64,000 bases of DNA from Candidatus Bathyarchaeota archaeon (lineage in GTDB: Archaea; Thermoproteota; Bathyarchaeia; Bathyarchaeales; Bathycorpusculaceae). Numbering within the stretch: position 1 is the first letter of the stretch; every line of letters begins with the position of its first letter. A model generated the notes under the pieces. That model worked only from the letters and a program-made list of their open reading frames with translations, was not told the origin of the DNA and searched no databases. The stretch covers positions 32,001 to 96,000 of the forward strand of contig CAVYRJ010000016.1 of the NCBI GenBank assembly GCA_963770935.1, read 5' to 3'. The position numbers and the translations under genes are program-made. Of the stretch, positions 53,234-64,000 are shown in pieces.

Positions 53234-54025
53234 GTGTACTCATTACTGCCAACAAGACTTAAAAATGTTGGAAGCGTTTGGGAAGAGAGTAGTATAGTTG
53301 AACTATATAACTCAGAAAAAACGCTACATAAGCCTGAGCTAATCATTCTAAATATTCTTAAACCCATGCTTCCAAAAATGAAAATGCTTGATATCGGCGT
53401 TGGAGCAGGACGAACCACGATTCATTTTGCACCACTAGCCAGTGAGTATGTTGCTATCGATTATTCAGTAAATATGATAAATGCTTGCAAAAAAAAATTT
53501 TGCGAAAATAAAAAGTGGTCATTTAAAGTTGTAAACGCGACAAACTTACAAGCCTTCGGAAACAACGAATTTGATTTTGTGATGTTCAGCTTCAATGGTT
53601 TAGATTATATATTAGACCATCAGAATCGACTAAAAGCAATTTGTGAAATTTGGCGTGTACTCAAACCCCACGGGTACTTCTATTTTACCACTCATAATCT
53701 AAACTATTTGTGGAGATTTTGTGAATTTAAATCTTTTAATCTTAATGAAACACGTAGGATGCTGCTAATGAGAATTTATAATTGGAAATCATGGAGAATC
53801 ATGAGGCAGAGAAACAAGAATGTAACTCACATGATAGCTAATAATGGAACACACAACTTCAAAGTGTCAAATTATTTTATAACACCAAAATTTCAAATTA
53901 TGGCATTACGAAATCTAGGATTCAAAGAAATTAGCGTTTATGACTTGGAGGGCAAATTAATAGATTCGTCAATTGCAGATTCAAATGATAGCAATAGTTA
54001 TTTGCACTATTTGTGCAAAAAATAG
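53234..54025 (+). CDS. Class I SAM-dependent methyltransferase
   Basis: MLDIGVGAGRTT, IDYS, FDFVMFSFNGLDY. Confidence 0.88.
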   Translation: MYSLLPTRLKNVGSVWEESSIVELYNSEKTLHKPELIILNILKPMLPKMKMLDIGVGAGRTTIHFAPLASEYVAIDYSVNMINACKKKFCENKKWSFKVVNATNLQAFGNNEFDFVMFSFNGLDYILDHQNRLKAICEIWRVLKPHGYFYFTTHNLNYLWRFCEFKSFNLNETRRMLLMRIYNWKSWRIMRQRNKNVTHMIANNGTHNFKVSNYFITPKFQIMALRNLGFKEISVYDLEGKLIDSSIADSNDSNSYLHYLCKK

Positions 54026-54458
54026 TTAGCTTTTTTTACAAACCGTTCTGAATAGTTTTTAATGTTTTTTCAAAAGTTAGTTTTTCCAGGATTTAAGGTA
54101 CACTACTCATTTCCGAAGTTTGTAACCTCACTAATCGTTTCTGAAACCCCGAATATCATGTAGAGGCAGTCCAGATCATAAGATTTCTGGATCTAGCACT
54201 TATGCACGTTTTACTGTACGTTTTCCTAAGACAATTCTACCGTAAGCCTAAAAAATCAAGCATCCGCCGGAAGCCAATCTCAAAACGTTTTACAAAACAA
54301 ACCAATGAGCAATATCTAAATCAAATCAAAAAACCTTTTACCTTGTCATTTTTTTCAATTGTATTGTACTCTCAAAACATCAAATTACAGGCAAAGTACG
54401 TACTATAGCGCCCTTTGTGAGGTAGTTTTCTTGGTATTGCATAATTTTATGTCATGTC

Positions 54459-55275
54459 TTATCCTAAAGGGTTACTCTCTAAGTGCGCTTGCTTGTTGTT
54501 GCATAGGTAGTAAAGCCAGCCATCCATTGAATCCGTTAGATTGAAATTGTTTTTGATCTCTCTTCCGTCCAACAAACCGTAGATTTTGATGTCCGAAAAA
54601 TTTAGTTCTGTCAATTGTTTAATTTGCTCGGTAGGTGTGACGTAATATGTTTTTAATCGGAAATTATGAGCACCGTCATTAAATATCATGTACTTTTGTC
54701 TTCCAACTCTTTTTCTGAGGGCTTTCCACGATTTTTTGTTAAGCAGTCGCATTAGAATGAGTCTGCGTGTTTCCATGAAAAGCTTGACCGGGTTCTTTGA
54801 TAATCGAAATGTACAGTGTTTGAAAGCAATGTTTAGATTATGTGTTGAAAAACAAAAATATCCACCATTTTTTGTGACCCGGGATATTTCACGCAAGGCT
54901 GTTAATCGATCTTGGTGATTCATATAATCGATGCCATTGAAGCTGAAAAGAACCAAGTCAAAATAATTGCTTTCGAAGGATTTTAGGGCTCTTGCGTCTG
55001 CAACTTCAAATGAAAGTTTTTTTGGGGACCCTCGGTATTTTTGTTGGCATATCTTTATCATCTTCTCGAGAATAGTCTACACCTACATATCGTTTAGTCA
55101 GTGGAGCGAAATACTTAGTAGTGCGACCTGCGCCAACTCCAATATCAAGCATTTTCATATTCGGTAGCTTGTTTCTCAATTCGTTCAATATTGTCTCTTC
55201 AGGTTTTTGCAGACCTTCTCCGCTGGAGTAACCCTTGACTATGTCCTCAGACCCGTAAACGTCTTTGTTTGACAA
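54459..55275 (-). CDS. Class I SAM-dependent methyltransferase, inverted paralog of 53234-54025, frameshift near 55070
   Basis: MLDIGVGAGRTT in ORF 55006-55353 and FSFNGIDY in ORF 54459-55061; TTG start at 55275 inferred. Confidence 0.8.
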
Positions 55276-55420
55276 GTGAACTGGGTAGAAAAGTATTTCT
55301 TTAAGGATTGTCTCCCCACCATTGGCGATTGTTTGCGGCACTCCGTATAGCAATCTTGGCTTCCGGAAAAAATTGCATAATAATAAATAATTATTATCAG
55401 TCTCCTATAAAGTTCTTTAG

Positions 55421-56051
55421 TTACCTGTCTTGACTTCTAGCGTAATCCAGTTTATCGCAAGCGCAGTTGAGGAATCTGAATACAAGCCAGCGCGCTACAG
55501 GGAGTCTAAACGAAGATAGATATACTTGTCTTAAGTAATTAAAAAAAGGGTTCTTCACCAAATTGCGAATAAGTGCTCTTAGAAGTATATTATGATATTT
55601 AGTGAAAGAATAGGTTTCTTCTGGTTTACATCCTCGATCAAGCTTTATTTTTTCCATCGACCACCTATAATATATTTTTTCTACACCGTTCTCAATAGCC
55701 CATTTAATGGGCGTATAGAAAGTTAGGTTAAAATATGAAAAATCGGTTTCTGTTTGCATACTGTAATTGAACCCGACCATCATGACATCAAGGACGCCCC
55801 TTTGTAGTAACGTTAAGGAAAATCCTATTACTTCACAGTTCTTCTTTGCGATGAATAGTTTTATCTTTTCTTTTGAATACATATTTAGTGTGCTAAAAAA
55901 ATCGGGATCAAAAATTTTCTTTGCGTTCTTATTATATGTCAAAGAGAAGATAGATTCTATATGCGAGAAACAAAAGATTCTGATTAGCGAGTTTTGTTTT
56001 GTTTCCGAGTTTGATAAACTTTTAAACGAGAATCTTCAGAACTACGGTTAG
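55421..56051 (-). pseudogene. Truncated FemAB-like/GNAT gene (C-terminal part) with a probable inverted fragment at about 55943-56051
   Basis: FFSTL..VIGFSL..GFNY..YFNLTFYTPIKWAIENG..KL.RG without an N-terminal half; adjacent plus-strand protein-like stretch. Confidence 0.55.
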
Positions 56052-56106
56052 CATAACACACGTTTCAAGAATCTTCAGAATTACGGCTACCATAAAAACG
56101 CGTTTC
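56029..56106. repeat. Imperfect 39-bp tandem duplication
   Basis: AGAATCTTCAGAACTACGGTTAGCATAACACACGTTTC followed by AGAATCTTCAGAATTACGGCTACCATAAAAACGCGTTTC. Confidence 0.8.
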
Positions 56107-56351
56107 CGAACACAACCACTTTTTATCTTGCCACTTCACAATCAATTCCATGGTAATAATACATTCTGTCTCTTTTCCGGAGGTTAAACGAGTATTGTCC
56201 CCAAACAGCAACTGGCTACTTTTGCTCGCTGGATAACAATCCAAAAAAATAGAACTAACTTGCACAATGAACAGAACTTATGCTTGGTTTAGAAACAGTT
56301 GCACTTTTTTTTGTAACACTTAACTTTTCATCTGTTGCCAATTTTATGTGT

Positions 56352-57344
56352 TTAAGACACTTTTCGTATTTTTCGATATATATATCCGTATTCAATTCTC
56401 GCTCGCCCATCAAGAATTTGCTCGCTCCTTGGCTCAAAATTAATTTGCCAAAACTCGCATTCTTTGCAAGGTGAACCAGACGGAAATTTCTTTGTTAAAA
56501 GAGCTTTCCTGTAATTCTGATATTTTTCACCCTTCCATATTTGTTTTATTGACTCTTTATTAGCATCTCCTAGAACCAGTTTACTGTAATCAAAACAACA
56601 ACCCTTTACATTGCCATCCCACAAAATATTCAATGTTTCCATGGGGAAGGAGCAAAACGCTGGCGGAGGAGCCATTTTTAGATTTTTAGTAACAATTTCT
56701 TTGTTTTCCCAAGTATCATCTGGAAGAATCGAAGGTATGAGCTCGATTCCGTCAACACGTTGAGCCCATACACTGTAAAATTCCATTTTCTGTTCATCAG
56801 TTTTTCCGTGATCAACCATATTCAAAAGAACTGTGGGTTTCTCAGCGGATCCACGTTTCTCAAGAAGATAAATAATATTCTTCTCAATTACCGAATATTT
56901 AGAACCCACACGCATACTGTCGTTAACTTGCCCTACGCCATCAAGGCTAAAAGAAACCCAATCTACCTTAAGTGATACAGCCAGGTCGGCAATGCTTTGA
57001 TTAAAAAGCATCCCATTAGTGCACCAACCAACCCTGCCAATTTTTCCATGGTTTCGTTTTTGAACTGCATATTCCAGGAAAGATTTGAAATCTGGGTGGA
57101 CAAGGCTTTCGCCATAACCATTCAAACAAAGACTATCAACTCCCATTTCGGAGAGCTGATCAACACAGCTTTCAAATAAAGATCTCGAAATAAAGCCAGT
57201 TACTCTTCCAGATTGCCAGTTGCACATTTCACATCTCAAATTACATCTGTTTGTAGGCTCCAAGTAAACTGTCCCAAGCTTCGGATGGTAGTTATTGCGG
57301 AGAAAACGATTTCTGTAAATAATAGGAAGACAAGCCAATTTCAC
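56352..57344 (-). CDS. Radical SAM protein with SPASM/Twitch domain
   Basis: CNLRCEMC, GE, TNG, SLDG; C-terminal C..P..I.WDG.V..CC.D..CKEC. Confidence 0.9.
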   Translation of the reverse strand: MKLACLPIIYRNRFLRNNYHPKLGTVYLEPTNRCNLRCEMCNWQSGRVTGFISRSLFESCVDQLSEMGVDSLCLNGYGESLVHPDFKSFLEYAVQKRNHGKIGRVGWCTNGMLFNQSIADLAVSLKVDWVSFSLDGVGQVNDSMRVGSKYSVIEKNIIYLLEKRGSAEKPTVLLNMVDHGKTDEQKMEFYSVWAQRVDGIELIPSILPDDTWENKEIVTKNLKMAPPPAFCSFPMETLNILWDGNVKGCCFDYSKLVLGDANKESIKQIWKGEKYQNYRKALLTKKFPSGSPCKECEFWQINFEPRSEQILDGRARIEYGYIYRKIRKVS

Positions 57345-57521
57345 CTTTTGTATTACAACTCTACCTAAACCTTTTACACCTTTTGTAGCATATGCAGTAG
57401 AAGCTTTTTTTGTGTATCTTCGAATTTTGCTGCTAATACAGACAAGTCCTAAATCTACGTAAATTATTATACAAATAAAGTTTATTCCTAACTAATAATT
57501 TCAACATATGGTATGGGTTCT

Positions 57522-58631
57522 TCAGAATGAGATTTTAGCACGTGCTGCGTTTCTTGTCTTTTCAATTAGAGCAATAATTTGGGCGGAAAGTCTTCTGTTA
57601 ATAAGTCTAACATTAAAGTTATATCTGAAATCCTTGGTCCATCTAGACTTGTAAAGTTCCTCACCTTTCATAAAATCAAATTCTGTAAAGCCCTGATTGA
57701 TACATTCTTCCACAATTTTAAGCAACAATAAATTACTGACACTATACTTGTAGTATTCTGGATCAAATCCAGTCAAACATAAGTACAATTTCTTGTTATA
57801 TTTCAAAGAATAATACGCTGCAACTGATTTGTCATTTACAGTCAAGAAGTAAAGACCTAACCAGCCTTTTGGTGCAAAAAGTTTCGCTCTATCAAGAAAA
57901 ATGGTGCGTATTTTGTCTGAACTAAATGCCCCTGTTTTGCCCTTTGATGTCCATCTTTTTTGGTGCAAATCAAAAAAGAGACCCATTGTATACTCCAGGG
58001 AGCCAATCTGATGATATTCTTTAAGCTCCACTTTACCATGATCTCTCTGAAGACTCCTCAAACACCACCTCAAAACTTTCCGATGATGAGGTTTCAGATT
58101 GTTTAGGAACTTGTCCATTGAATCGGGAAGTGTCATATAGGGACATTTTTCCCCTTTTTCAAAATTAAATTTGAAGCCCCAATCTTTTTTTTGGGTTAGT
58201 AAACGCATGAAAGTGGATGTTTCAGGGGCATCATTGATACTTAAGAAATTCCAATTATTCTGATAGTATAAATAAGTTAAGAAAATTTGTAAGCATTCGG
58301 TTTCTCTTTCAGATAGAATAAAGCCTGTATAATCTGTGGCACTTCCGTAATCTAAAGGTTCAATTACGTCGTACCCGACACGCCATAACTTATACCGAGA
58401 ATTTCGCAAAGGCGCAATTGCAACAATTCGATCCCCACTAGTTATATACAGGATCCTTAGACTTTGATTATTCTTCAAGTTTTTGACTGAAACATAGATA
58501 TGTTCCCAAGTTAAGACCGCAGAGTTGTCTTTGCTTTTTTCCAGAATTTTATTCCAGCATTTTTTAAGTTTAAGAAATCCTTCAATCGTATTAGTTTCAT
58601 GTATTTCAAGCTTTGTCTCGCTTCCTTTCAT
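57522..58631 (-). CDS. CelD/BcsL-like GNAT N-acetyltransferase
   Basis: LTWE, IAPL, DYTG, FFDLHQKRW, GFDPEY, FDFMKGEELYK. Confidence 0.88.
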   Translation of the reverse strand: MKGSETKLEIHETNTIEGFLKLKKCWNKILEKSKDNSAVLTWEHIYVSVKNLKNNQSLRILYITSGDRIVAIAPLRNSRYKLWRVGYDVIEPLDYGSATDYTGFILSERETECLQIFLTYLYYQNNWNFLSINDAPETSTFMRLLTQKKDWGFKFNFEKGEKCPYMTLPDSMDKFLNNLKPHHRKVLRWCLRSLQRDHGKVELKEYHQIGSLEYTMGLFFDLHQKRWTSKGKTGAFSSDKIRTIFLDRAKLFAPKGWLGLYFLTVNDKSVAAYYSLKYNKKLYLCLTGFDPEYYKYSVSNLLLLKIVEECINQGFTEFDFMKGEELYKSRWTKDFRYNFNVRLINRRLSAQIIALIEKTRNAARAKISF

Positions 58632-58856
58632 TGAATTGACCTACTTTTTTAAACAGAAACTTTACCGCGCGCACACGTTGACAGTCAGGTTTTGTGCGAA
58701 GACTTTAGACCAATAAATCCCTTTCTCTTGAGAAGAAAGATCGTGAATAATTTTTTGTCAAATTGTAATCCGAGGTTTAGAACGGTTAACTTTTACGTAA
58801 GTTAATGGTAAATAATCGACATTCATAATCAGTTTACTTAGAGTCAACTGTCACTT

Positions 58857-59822
58857 TTATTTTGATACCTTTTGCTTAGCGCGTTGGCGGACTAATCCAG
58901 CCCACCAGAGGTCAACCACGTTGACTAAGTCCCATTTCATCAATCCCTTGCCTTTTCCAAGGAACCATCTTGTTATTTCTCTAAAACAAAGCCATCGTTC
59001 GGACCATGTCAAAGGTGAGCGTATGACTGATCTATAGAATTCAAAACAGTTTCTCCAGTGAGGCAAAACTACAAGAGCTTTTCTTTTAGCGCCCGTCCAC
59101 CAAAGCGTTTCGGTTCGATAGTCATGTATTCTAACAGGTTTGTAATAATGGCTGTCGGTGTAAGCTTCTGCATGATCTCTTCTGTAGAATAAGTATTCAG
59201 GAATTTCAATTATTCGACCATTAAGACTTACTTCTGCAAGTAGGTTCCAGTCAGATCCTATATAATTTCCAAAGATTGGCGTCTTGCTAAGTAAGTCTTT
59301 ACGAAAAACTCCAAAAACTAGCCAAGGGAGACCCTTTTTGTTGAGCATTTCTCGGAAACGTTCATGCGGTTTTTCCGAGTCAATTATATCCCCCAACTTA
59401 TAAGCTCCAACTACTTTGCTCTTCTCATCAATAATAGCATCTTTGGAATGGCAAAGGATTATGCCAGGGTCTTTCTCAAGTTCACGGATGCATCTTTCAA
59501 CAAATTCAGGGGCCATTAGATCGTCATGTGCTGCCCATTTGAAATAAACTCCTGTTGATAATTTAAAAACTCGATTCCAGTTCCATGCTCCACCATTATT
59601 TTTTTTACTTCGGTGGTAATGAACACGCGGATCTTTCAAGTATTCCCTACAAATCTCTTCCGTTCTATCCGTTGAGGCATTATCTGATATTATCAACTCG
59701 AAATCTTGATACGTTTGAGCGAGAATTGATCCAATAGCTTGCCTGACGTAGTTCTGACCATTGTAAACTGGAAGACCTATAGTTAGTTGAGGTTTGTTGT
59801 TTACCAATCCCATTGTGCCCAT
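58857..59822 (-). CDS. Glycosyltransferase family 2
   Basis: IGLPVYNG, ISDNASTD, WAAHDD. Confidence 0.93.
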   Translation of the reverse strand: MGTMGLVNNKPQLTIGLPVYNGQNYVRQAIGSILAQTYQDFELIISDNASTDRTEEICREYLKDPRVHYHRSKKNNGGAWNWNRVFKLSTGVYFKWAAHDDLMAPEFVERCIRELEKDPGIILCHSKDAIIDEKSKVVGAYKLGDIIDSEKPHERFREMLNKKGLPWLVFGVFRKDLLSKTPIFGNYIGSDWNLLAEVSLNGRIIEIPEYLFYRRDHAEAYTDSHYYKPVRIHDYRTETLWWTGAKRKALVVLPHWRNCFEFYRSVIRSPLTWSERWLCFREITRWFLGKGKGLMKWDLVNVVDLWWAGLVRQRAKQKVSK

Positions 59823-59896
59823 CTACGAAGTGTTTGTGGTTATCGTTGTTAAGCAAAATATTATGAATAGTTAAATAAAAGCTTAAGATAGAAGAA

Positions 59897-61073
59897 TTAA
59901 ATTTCGTTGATTGTCTTTATTAATTCTTCTCGTTTTTCTTTAGCCAAAGATAAGGCTTGTTTTCGATTTTGTTGCCCCATTTCAATTATTCTTTCTTTTC
60001 CTAAATTCAAAAATTGTTTTAGTTTGGCCACAAAATCGAAATAATCAACATAGGTATATTCATTTGGAAGTAGATCGCCTCGAGCTCCAAAGTTGTCTGA
60101 AAAAACAACTAAGCCAGCTAATGCGTAGTCATATTTTCTTTGATTAGATCCGCCTGAATGGATACCCAAGTTTATGCCAATCCAAGACTTGCTTATAACT
60201 TCCAAATAATCCTCTCTACTGGGAATGTACTCATAATGCTTGAGAAAAACATTTCTTGTTGGCTGTTGGGGTTTGACTCCGATCATATAAACTTTGATGG
60301 GTTTATCAAGGCAAGCTAATGCTATGAATAATTTTTCGAGAGATCTCTTTGCTTTAGAACCCCAGTGTCCTCGCAAGACTATAGCGATGCTTGGAATTGG
60401 ATCTTTGTCGCTTAGTTCAAAATCAATTGGATAAATATTTGGATAAAAGAGCACTTTTTTGCCGCCCAAGTTGATGTATTTAAGTCGATCTCTTTCACTG
60501 CAGGCTATCACCAGATCCGGCAGCGTTATTGAATCCTTTTCTAGCTTATACATTAACTTTGATGCTGCAAAATTGTCTCCGTAGAAATCTGCCGCTATAT
60601 CTGAGGAAACATAAATTATACGACCCCGCTTTTTCAATTTTTGTATATCAACAGTGTTTAAGCTGAAAAACTCGTCAACTATGAAAATAATTGGTTTGTC
60701 AATTCTATTTAGAGATTGTAAAAGCTTCTCTGTTCTAGGCAGATCTTGCAAAATATTGGTACAATGCTTCTGAAAGTGTAGTTATGAATCCTCTGCTTCC
60801 TGAAGCACTTTTCCGCCTCATAATTCGGTTAATTACACTATCATGTAAATCCTTTGGCGATATTAACAATTGAATTAATAAGAAATATCCAAAAATTCCT
60901 GAAACTGAAGTGGCTAATTCCACCTGATTCTTTTGCCAATTTTCATCAAATTTGTTTTGCTCTCTTCGTAGAACGTAGAACAATTCAAGCGCATGGTTTT
61001 GTCTAAAAAGTTGAACGATGAATTTTCCTTTTAGTGAGAGTGTCGGACCATCTCTAATAACTACGACTATCAT
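59897..61073 (-). CDS. Probable GT-B fold glycosyltransferase-like protein, split by frameshift near 60740
   Basis: Two overlapping ORFs; C-terminal KYDYALAGLVV and MGQQNRK..A resemble GT4 tails. Confidence 0.6.
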
Positions 61074-61288
61074 AGGGGTAACCTATTTTGAACTTATTTT
61101 GTATATTAACTCTCAATAGCTTCAAATGCGTTATGATACATTCTTGGCAATTATTATTTATCTATGTGGATTTTTTCGATTAATTATATCTGTTTAGAGC
61201 AAACCAATTTTTTATTCGATAATCTTTTCTTTAATATTTTGAATTGCCAAGAAATACCTTCTGATTATCATCGATTGTTCATTTGCTT

Positions 61289-62404
61289 TTAGAAATGTGA
61301 ATTAAAGAGTTTAGTAAATTTCTGTGCGAAATTTTCCTCGCTGAATTGATCTGCAGCCATAGAGATGCTTCTAGCGTTGCTTGGGGACCACTCAGTAATT
61401 GCTTGTTCCACCTTCTTTGCAGCTTCTTCTATGTTACTGTATCGATGATTTTGTGAAACAAATTCCATTGGCCCCCCAGAATTGTGCACAACTGGAATAC
61501 ACCCAGAAGACATAGCCTCAACTATAGAGATACCAAAATGCTCATTTATTGTTGTGTGGAGATAAACTTTGGTGTTTAGCAATAGATTTCTTAGTTGTTC
61601 TCGCTTAACGTTTGTATGTATCTTTACTCTATCAGATAGTTTTAGGTCTTTTATCTGTCTGATAAGAGAGATTAGCGTTGCTTCGGAATCTAATAGGCCT
61701 ACAATGTTGAAGGATATTTCTTTGTTTGTTAATTTGGCTATTTGAGGTATTATTTTCAGATTCTTGGCAACGGCTATGCGTGAGACAGTTGTTACAGTGT
61801 TATTTCTTCCTTTATTAAAATCGTCTTGGTTGTGATTTAGGATTTCGCTAGAGACAGAAGGGTAAAGCACGTAGGAATATAGCCCTGTTTCAGTCTTTAT
61901 TGCTTTAGCCGTAAAATTGCTGTTTGCGAGTACAAGCTTATCGGAGTTTCTCCGAAGTTTTAGAAGGCTTTGATAAGGAAGGAAATAAGTCTTGTTTCTC
62001 CACGAAGGCGCACCAATTTCTATTCTTCTTAGCAAGGGGTGATGAATATAAGCAATGTTAGTTGCAGGAAGTATAGCATTTGAGAACGTATCAATTAGAA
62101 TGTCACATTTTGATTTCAGAACTATCATTCTAATTGCATCAGTATATATATTCTTAAGATCTGTCGATGAGAAGAATCTTAAGGGAAAAATAATCTGTTG
62201 ATCTACGGATACTTTTCTGTTGAAAACACTTTGAAACCTGCTTTGATTCAAGGGATTATCGGTTAGGACAACTACTTGATGACCATTTTCTTTTAGAACA
62301 TTTATTATGTTAACTGCTACCCATTCTGCTCCTCCACACCAATTTATATTAGGAGAGAACACCCCTACAATCAAAAATCCATTCGCCTCGACTTGTTTAC
62401 TCAA
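61289..62404 (-). CDS. Glycosyltransferase family 4 (ALG11-like motif)
   Basis: GGAE, ANSNFT, EHFGISIVEAMSSG, HNSGGP. Confidence 0.92.
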   Translation of the reverse strand: MSKQVEANGFLIVGVFSPNINWCGGAEWVAVNIINVLKENGHQVVVLTDNPLNQSRFQSVFNRKVSVDQQIIFPLRFFSSTDLKNIYTDAIRMIVLKSKCDILIDTFSNAILPATNIAYIHHPLLRRIEIGAPSWRNKTYFLPYQSLLKLRRNSDKLVLANSNFTAKAIKTETGLYSYVLYPSVSSEILNHNQDDFNKGRNNTVTTVSRIAVAKNLKIIPQIAKLTNKEISFNIVGLLDSEATLISLIRQIKDLKLSDRVKIHTNVKREQLRNLLLNTKVYLHTTINEHFGISIVEAMSSGCIPVVHNSGGPMEFVSQNHRYSNIEEAAKKVEQAITEWSPSNARSISMAADQFSEENFAQKFTKLFNSHF

Positions 62405-62433
62405 TCGCTGATTTTTTTAGCTTCTTTTTTCAT

Positions 62434-64000
62434 TCAAGTTATCGAGCTTTGTGGGCTTCGATATTTTATTTCGCTTGCCCCATTTGAATATATTTTATTG
62501 ATAAACGTACCTGTAGAGTCTAAAATTGGAAGTTCATTGTAAGTGTAGGTAATATTTCTTCTAGTGTCCCATTGGATGGTATGGTAGATGACATTAAATT
62601 GTCTTAGATAAATGTATGAGGTATTTGCGACTTTTGGAATTACATAAGATATCAAACCATCACCACGAATAATGCCTGTAGTGTTGGAAAGCAAGAATAT
62701 CAAGCTCGGGTCTATGCGGCTATAACTAGCCAGAACGTGCGATAAGGATACTGTATCAGCATAGGTTGCCATATTGCGGATATCACCATGATTAGAGAGC
62801 CATTGTGCGGAAAAAACATCAGATTCATGAAGTAGCCATGTAGAATTCTGCATTTTGTAGTAACTTAAAGAAAAAGAGGATGGAGCAGGATCATTGGATA
62901 CTTCATAAATAACTCCTGTTTGAAATAGGAAAAAGGCCACCAATATTATCAGAGTTAAAACTAATGAAATAACCTCCGTCAGTTTTTCACCTTTAAGATC
63001 TATAGGCTTCTTTGTTTTTACTTTGGCTAAAATAGATTTAAAGAGAGCTTCAGCGCCTATTGCAAAAAGAGGTGACAAAAACAGCAATAATGTTTGATAT
63101 AGTCTTCCCAATTCAAGAAAACCGGCAAACGAAGGTACAACAACAGCTGCAAATAGGAGAATAATATTAAGAGTTATTAATAATCGATATTCGGGATTGA
63201 GTTCCCTCTTTCGCCATTTTAGTATCAGAGCTATAAAACCTATCAAAATTAGAAGGATAGTAATATCGTAAAGAATCGTGCCAACGTAATGAAGCAGACT
63301 AGGTCGTGCGGTTATGCCCAACGCGGTTTGAATGTCTTCACCTCTCGATGAGGACGAAAAGAACTCTGTCACAAAGTTGTCGACTGTTGTTCTAACGACG
63401 CCTGCAAATTTATCGAAAGGACCTGTTGAAACTACATAAATGTACCAGAAAAATACAAGACAAGAGGTAAAGACGACGAATGATGCTTTTATTCTTTTAG
63501 TTATTCTCTTAAAGAAAAGCTGTCCGCCAAACCATGTAAAGAAAACAAATAAAATGAAAATAAAATCTAATGAATAATGTGAGACAATTAGCCCAAAGAG
63601 GGCTAAAACCAGAATCATCCAGCTGGTTTTATGGCTTTCCGCACCTTTAGCAAGCAGTTCTAAAAATAGTATAACAAAAAATAATTCGCCAATCATTTGT
63701 TTGGCATTTGTTAGCAAACCAACAAAGAAGACATAGTTTGCTGTGAAAAATATTACTGAGATAAAAGCAACCTTTTCACTCCATTGCCGTCTATATAATT
63801 CGTATAATCCCATAGGCACTAAAGAGAAAATTACGGGGAATAGAAGTTTAAAAACCAAGCTTGGTTCGATATTCAATACGTTTGAAATTATGGTTGGAAG
63901 AATCGTAATGCTAAGCATAGAAATGTCTGACGACTGTTGTACAGTAGAATAATTCTGTGGATTCCAAAATAGTGCATTTTTTGTTCCCAGAAATGTTCTA
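62434..64000 (-). CDS. Multi-pass membrane protein (DUF2206-like, GT-C-like topology), 5' end outside window
   Basis: Many TM segments, SHY motif, C-terminal soluble domain ending NKIYSNG. Confidence 0.75.
   Translation of the reverse strand, partial: RTFLGTKNALFWNPQNYSTVQQSSDISMLSITILPTIISNVLNIEPSLVFKLLFPVIFSLVPMGLYELYRRQWSEKVAFISVIFFTANYVFFVGLLTNAKQMIGELFFVILFLELLAKGAESHKTSWMILVLALFGLIVSHYSLDFIFILFVFFTWFGGQLFFKRITKRIKASFVVFTSCLVFFWYIYVVSTGPFDKFAGVVRTTVDNFVTEFFSSSSRGEDIQTALGITARPSLLHYVGTILYDITILLILIGFIALILKWRKRELNPEYRLLITLNIILLFAAVVVPSFAGFLELGRLYQTLLLFLSPLFAIGAEALFKSILAKVKTKKPIDLKGEKLTEVISLVLTLIILVAFFLFQTGVIYEVSNDPAPSSFSLSYYKMQNSTWLLHESDVFSAQWLSNHGDIRNMATYADTVSLSHVLASYSRIDPSLIFLLSNTTGIIRGDGLISYVIPKVANTSYIYLRQFNVIYHTIQWDTRRNITYTYNELPILDSTGTFINKIYSNGASEIKYRSPQSSIT

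Noticed and set aside
1-64000. Mobile element or provirus
   Set aside because: No transposase, integrase, terminal inverted repeats or duplicated tRNA end recognised

Overview
Archaeal chromosomal segment, most consistent with Bathyarchaeia (inference from an aEF-2-type factor, archaeal ATP-dependent ligase, intron-containing tRNA-Trp, HdrA-MvhD fusion, eL22-like protein and a membrane-anchored PQQ-like beta-propeller protein). The left part (1-29 kb) is housekeeping, transport and redox genes. It also carries features missing from the ORF track: a tRNA-Trp with a BHB intron, a box C/D sRNA whose D guide points to 16S C1402, a 45-aa Cys-rich protein behind a structured leader, and a 58-aa membrane protein. 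The right part (29.5-64 kb) is a large cell-surface/glycan locus. It holds a TasA/pilin-like secreted protein, GT2, a twice-repeated module (V4R/BcsD-like membrane protein + 2-TM microprotein) flanking an Ig/PKD-repeat surface protein with a near-exact 852-bp tandem repeat, and two duplicated secreted GH18-like proteins. It continues with CelD/BcsL-type GNATs, a CDP-sugar/C-methyltransferase cluster, radical SAM, glycosyltransferases and a DUF2206-like membrane protein. About ten genes are split by small indels, more likely assembly errors than biology. No CRISPR array, transposase or integrase was seen. All family assignments come from motif recognition, not database searches.
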